NCBI RefSeq assembly: GCF_964204645.1
Contig: NC_134028.1
Location: 3,162,001 to 3,226,000 of the forward strand
Origin: Tubulanus polymorphus
Lineage: Eukaryota; Animalia; Nemertea
Direction: 5' to 3'
DNA: 64,000 nucleotides
Made by a program: the position numbers and the translations under genes. Shown here one piece after another: positions 60,998 to 64,000 of this stretch. Each line of letters opens with the position of its first letter. Position 1 is the stretch's first letter. Below the pieces are notes generated by a model. The model searched no databases. It saw only the letters and a list, made by a program, of their open reading frames with translations, and was not told the origin of the DNA.

Positions 60998-63133
60998 GAA
61001 TAACTATTTGCACGTTTTTTTAGGATAATATAAACAAATAACTAATTAGGCAATTATTAAACGGATGATGATGACAGTTCCATAGCTGCTGAATCTTTCA
61101 TTTGTTCGAACTGGAAAACTCATCAATAGCTGTGTCTACACTTAAACATTGGGCTGTACTTCGTGAGAATCCTACAGAACATTACCTCAAGTTGACCCTC
61201 TATTACTGCTGTAGACATTGCTAATGAAAAATCAGAGGACTTTCATTCACTCTCGACGCTTTATCCGAAGAAATTACTACTACAAAAGCATCGGTTCGTA
61301 ACCATAACCATTGGAAATGATGAATATTGTCCTGTGTTCCAACAACATGCGTATGCGTGTTGATCGTGTTATTCTCAGAGGGAAAGATTCCGCGTGTTTG
61401 AACAGACTGTTAGATTCAGTTGAGCAGATTAAAATCGCTGGCCAAGACATGCACCGTGTATGAAGTTAGCGATTTTCTGGAGAACTATTCGCTAAAATGG
61501 AGGATGTCATGACTTATTTGTGTCTTGCTGGGTTTTCTATTCGTCTAAATAACGTTGGCTTTCTTGAAGAACAAAATGTGTCGTCTTGTCATTTTTCGTG
61601 GGTCGTTCGAATGATCTTTGTACATTCCCATGAAAATTGACGGCAGATATTTTTGAGTAAGAGTTTTGAGAGAAAGAACAGTTAATCGTTAGAAAATAAT
61701 CCACATTTAACTAACATTTTTGTTTTATGGCTTTATTTTCAATATATTACTGAAGCTTTTTTGGTTCGACTCGTGTATTCTATCAATAGAAAAGCTTACA
61801 AATATACACTCTGTACATGACCGCCCCCATTTGATTAATTCACTTGTAACAACAATAATTATTTTGTCTACAACAAAGTTTTGTACATAATGTGTAATGA
61901 GCTATTGTGAAGGTATATAATGAAAGGACTTTGAAGAAATATCTTTTCAGAAAATGCCTTTATACAAAAAAAATGTATAATAATAATATAAAATCGTAGT
62001 AATATGCATATGCATTAGGCTATGCAGTATGAGTTTTAATGCTTGGAAGACTTCAGAAAATATTTTGATGACAAATAACCTTGATAGTTTGTAGAGCATC
62101 GAATGATCCTTAACGACCAGTTAATGTCATTGAATCCTTTTTTGGCTGTGATTTTCTTTTTGGTCATTTGCTATGTATTTCACTAACTATCGTTTTCATC
62201 ATTTAATGCTATAGACTCCTGTAGTAGGCGTCTTGTTTTGTTTTGGTTTAATATAAAACTTCTAAATACTAAACGATCTTCGATTGTATGAGATTCACTC
62301 TGAAACTTGGGCAGTTGTCAGTCCCTGATTGCGAAATGATCTTCCATTTGTTAAGTGTGTTCGTTTCATGTGTACATTTTGATTTTTCTGTCATTTCCTC
62401 TCGTTGGTATAAAATGCGCCGTGCAATGTGTATGGTGGATCTTCTGGTTTGGGGTCTGTTTTTTGTGTACATTTTGCTGGTTTTTGTGTCGCTGAACTAG
62501 AGAATGTCAGAATCAACATTATTTCTAAAATGCGCTGATGTCATTGTCAGTGCTCTGGAACCCAGTTCCACAGCTGTTGGTTAGAATTCAAAGTTGAACA
62601 ATTGGAAAAATAGAACTAATTTTATTTCTAGATAGTTGAGCGCTGGACATCTGTGGAACTTGGTTCTGATGTTTTTTCAATCATATGAAACGATGGATGA
62701 ATAAATTTGTTTAATGAAGTTGAAATTCGTTTCCTTATTTATATACTATGGAGAGGACCTGTGTAGTTGAATAACGGTCGAGATTTCTCTTCCAGGGGTG
62801 GATCAAGCAATTTTGCTGTGCCCTTTAAAAATTGGCAATTTTTCGGGGAAATTTTATCTCGGCGCTCGCGAGATTGGCAATGGCCCTCTGAAATATCAAA
62901 ATTTTGCCGACCGATGCTATGGCTCTGCTGTGTCGATATTGCTCTTTCTAAGCAGATGTTTTATAATTTTTTCTGTGCTTTTGTCAAATTCTACCCCTGG
63001 ATCCGCCCTGGTGCGTAATGTGTTTTAGCTGGGATTCGAACCTAGTTGCATCGATTTAAGCCCCCCAAGCCACTGTCAAGGGAGGTTGGTTTTGTCCCCT
63101 CGCGGTCAATGCAGCAGTTCGAGTACAAATAAA

Positions 63134-64000
63134 ATGGCGGAAAACGCGAATAACGCTTACGACCAGTTCAACGAATGTGACACGAATACAACGGTAGTTA
63201 GGTTTTATCCATGTCGTATAACAACCGATTCTCAAGCGCGAAATAGAAATATCCTTTGGACGATGGTCAAATCTCTACGAATCCTTACATTTTGCAACAA
63301 AAAAGCATAATTTCCTAAAAACGCCGATGATGGTGGCAGCACCATACGGTCTCGACTCGATCCGGTCCAAATATAATTCGATTTTCTTTAATTACAGGTT
63401 ATTTGTGATGCTGAATGCGCTGAATTTAGTATCGCTCCTGTCTGGGGCTTGGGCAATCAACTCTATGTATTTGCCCACAATGCGAAACAAGATGATGGTA
63501 CGTCAGTAGTTCCGATTTTCCTGTGCCTGCGGCTGCCTTGCGTGTGCGTGCAGCATTGCATTTAAAAAGTTGTTCAATGATTTCGATAATTTGTACTTTG
63601 TGTTTTCAGATCGACAATCCAGTCAGCATTCATCGTCATCAGGCGAAAATCGAGTTCTCCATGAAATGAAATGGTCTACAGATATACATAATTGTTACAC
63701 GCGCAAAAAAGTTAATGATTCTCATAGTGAGTCTGAATACCAAGTTCTAATGTGTGTTTGTAATTACAGCTGTCGCCGATGATTCACTATTTCCAATCGA
63801 TGTTCACATCTTTTCAGATATTTTCATCACACTTCAAAAGGAGCAGACTCCAGAAACTGCTGGGGTAAATAAAAAGCCACAGTAAGTGACAACGAATCAT
63901 CAAACAGTTAGAAACTGCTGTTGAGAATACTACTGTATTATTGTCGTACTTCATTTCATTTTCAGTCTGGCTAAAGTTAGTCGACATTACCGCTCTGTCT
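63134..64000 (+). CDS. NUP85: Nucleoporin NUP85, 5' part, running off the window (exons 63134-63193, 63398-63497, 63610-63726, 63818-63881, 63966-)
   Basis: WGLGN, RKKVNDSHNIFITLQ and LAKVSRHYRSV match the NUP85 N-terminus as I recall it (RKLFNESHGIFLGLQ, LVRVSKNYRSV). Exon phases are compatible. Confidence 0.82.

Overview
Gene-dense, AT-rich eukaryotic DNA with short GT-AG introns, from an invertebrate animal (a lophotrochozoan is plausible but is only an inference). No prokaryotic features, CRISPR arrays, rRNA or convincing tRNA genes are visible. Hand-assembled spliced genes: SNU13, TXNDC15, BLOC1S2, RNF181, an hnRNP A/B-D family protein, MRPS24, SAR1 and the 5' part of NUP85. Also present are a Ly6/uPAR GPI protein, two intronless SBK-family kinases, two PPxY-rich membrane proteins, a nested antisense ORF, a secreted 6-Cys propeptide, a candidate PP1-binding protein, a probable pseudogene and many MITEs. 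The most notable observations: (1) an inverted SBK kinase pair with a near-identical core (likely gene conversion) and matching CRE+TATA promoters; (2) Penelope-type minimal hammerhead ribozymes, the best one in an SNU13 intron; (3) an orphan Cys-rich toxin/neuropeptide-like precursor; (4) a poison or alternative terminal exon in the hnRNP gene; (5) a spliced SILK/RVxF protein behind RFX X-box-like motifs; (6) a Mutator-like MITE family with 9-bp TSDs and B-box-like motifs in its TIRs. All family names come from motif recognition, not database searches.
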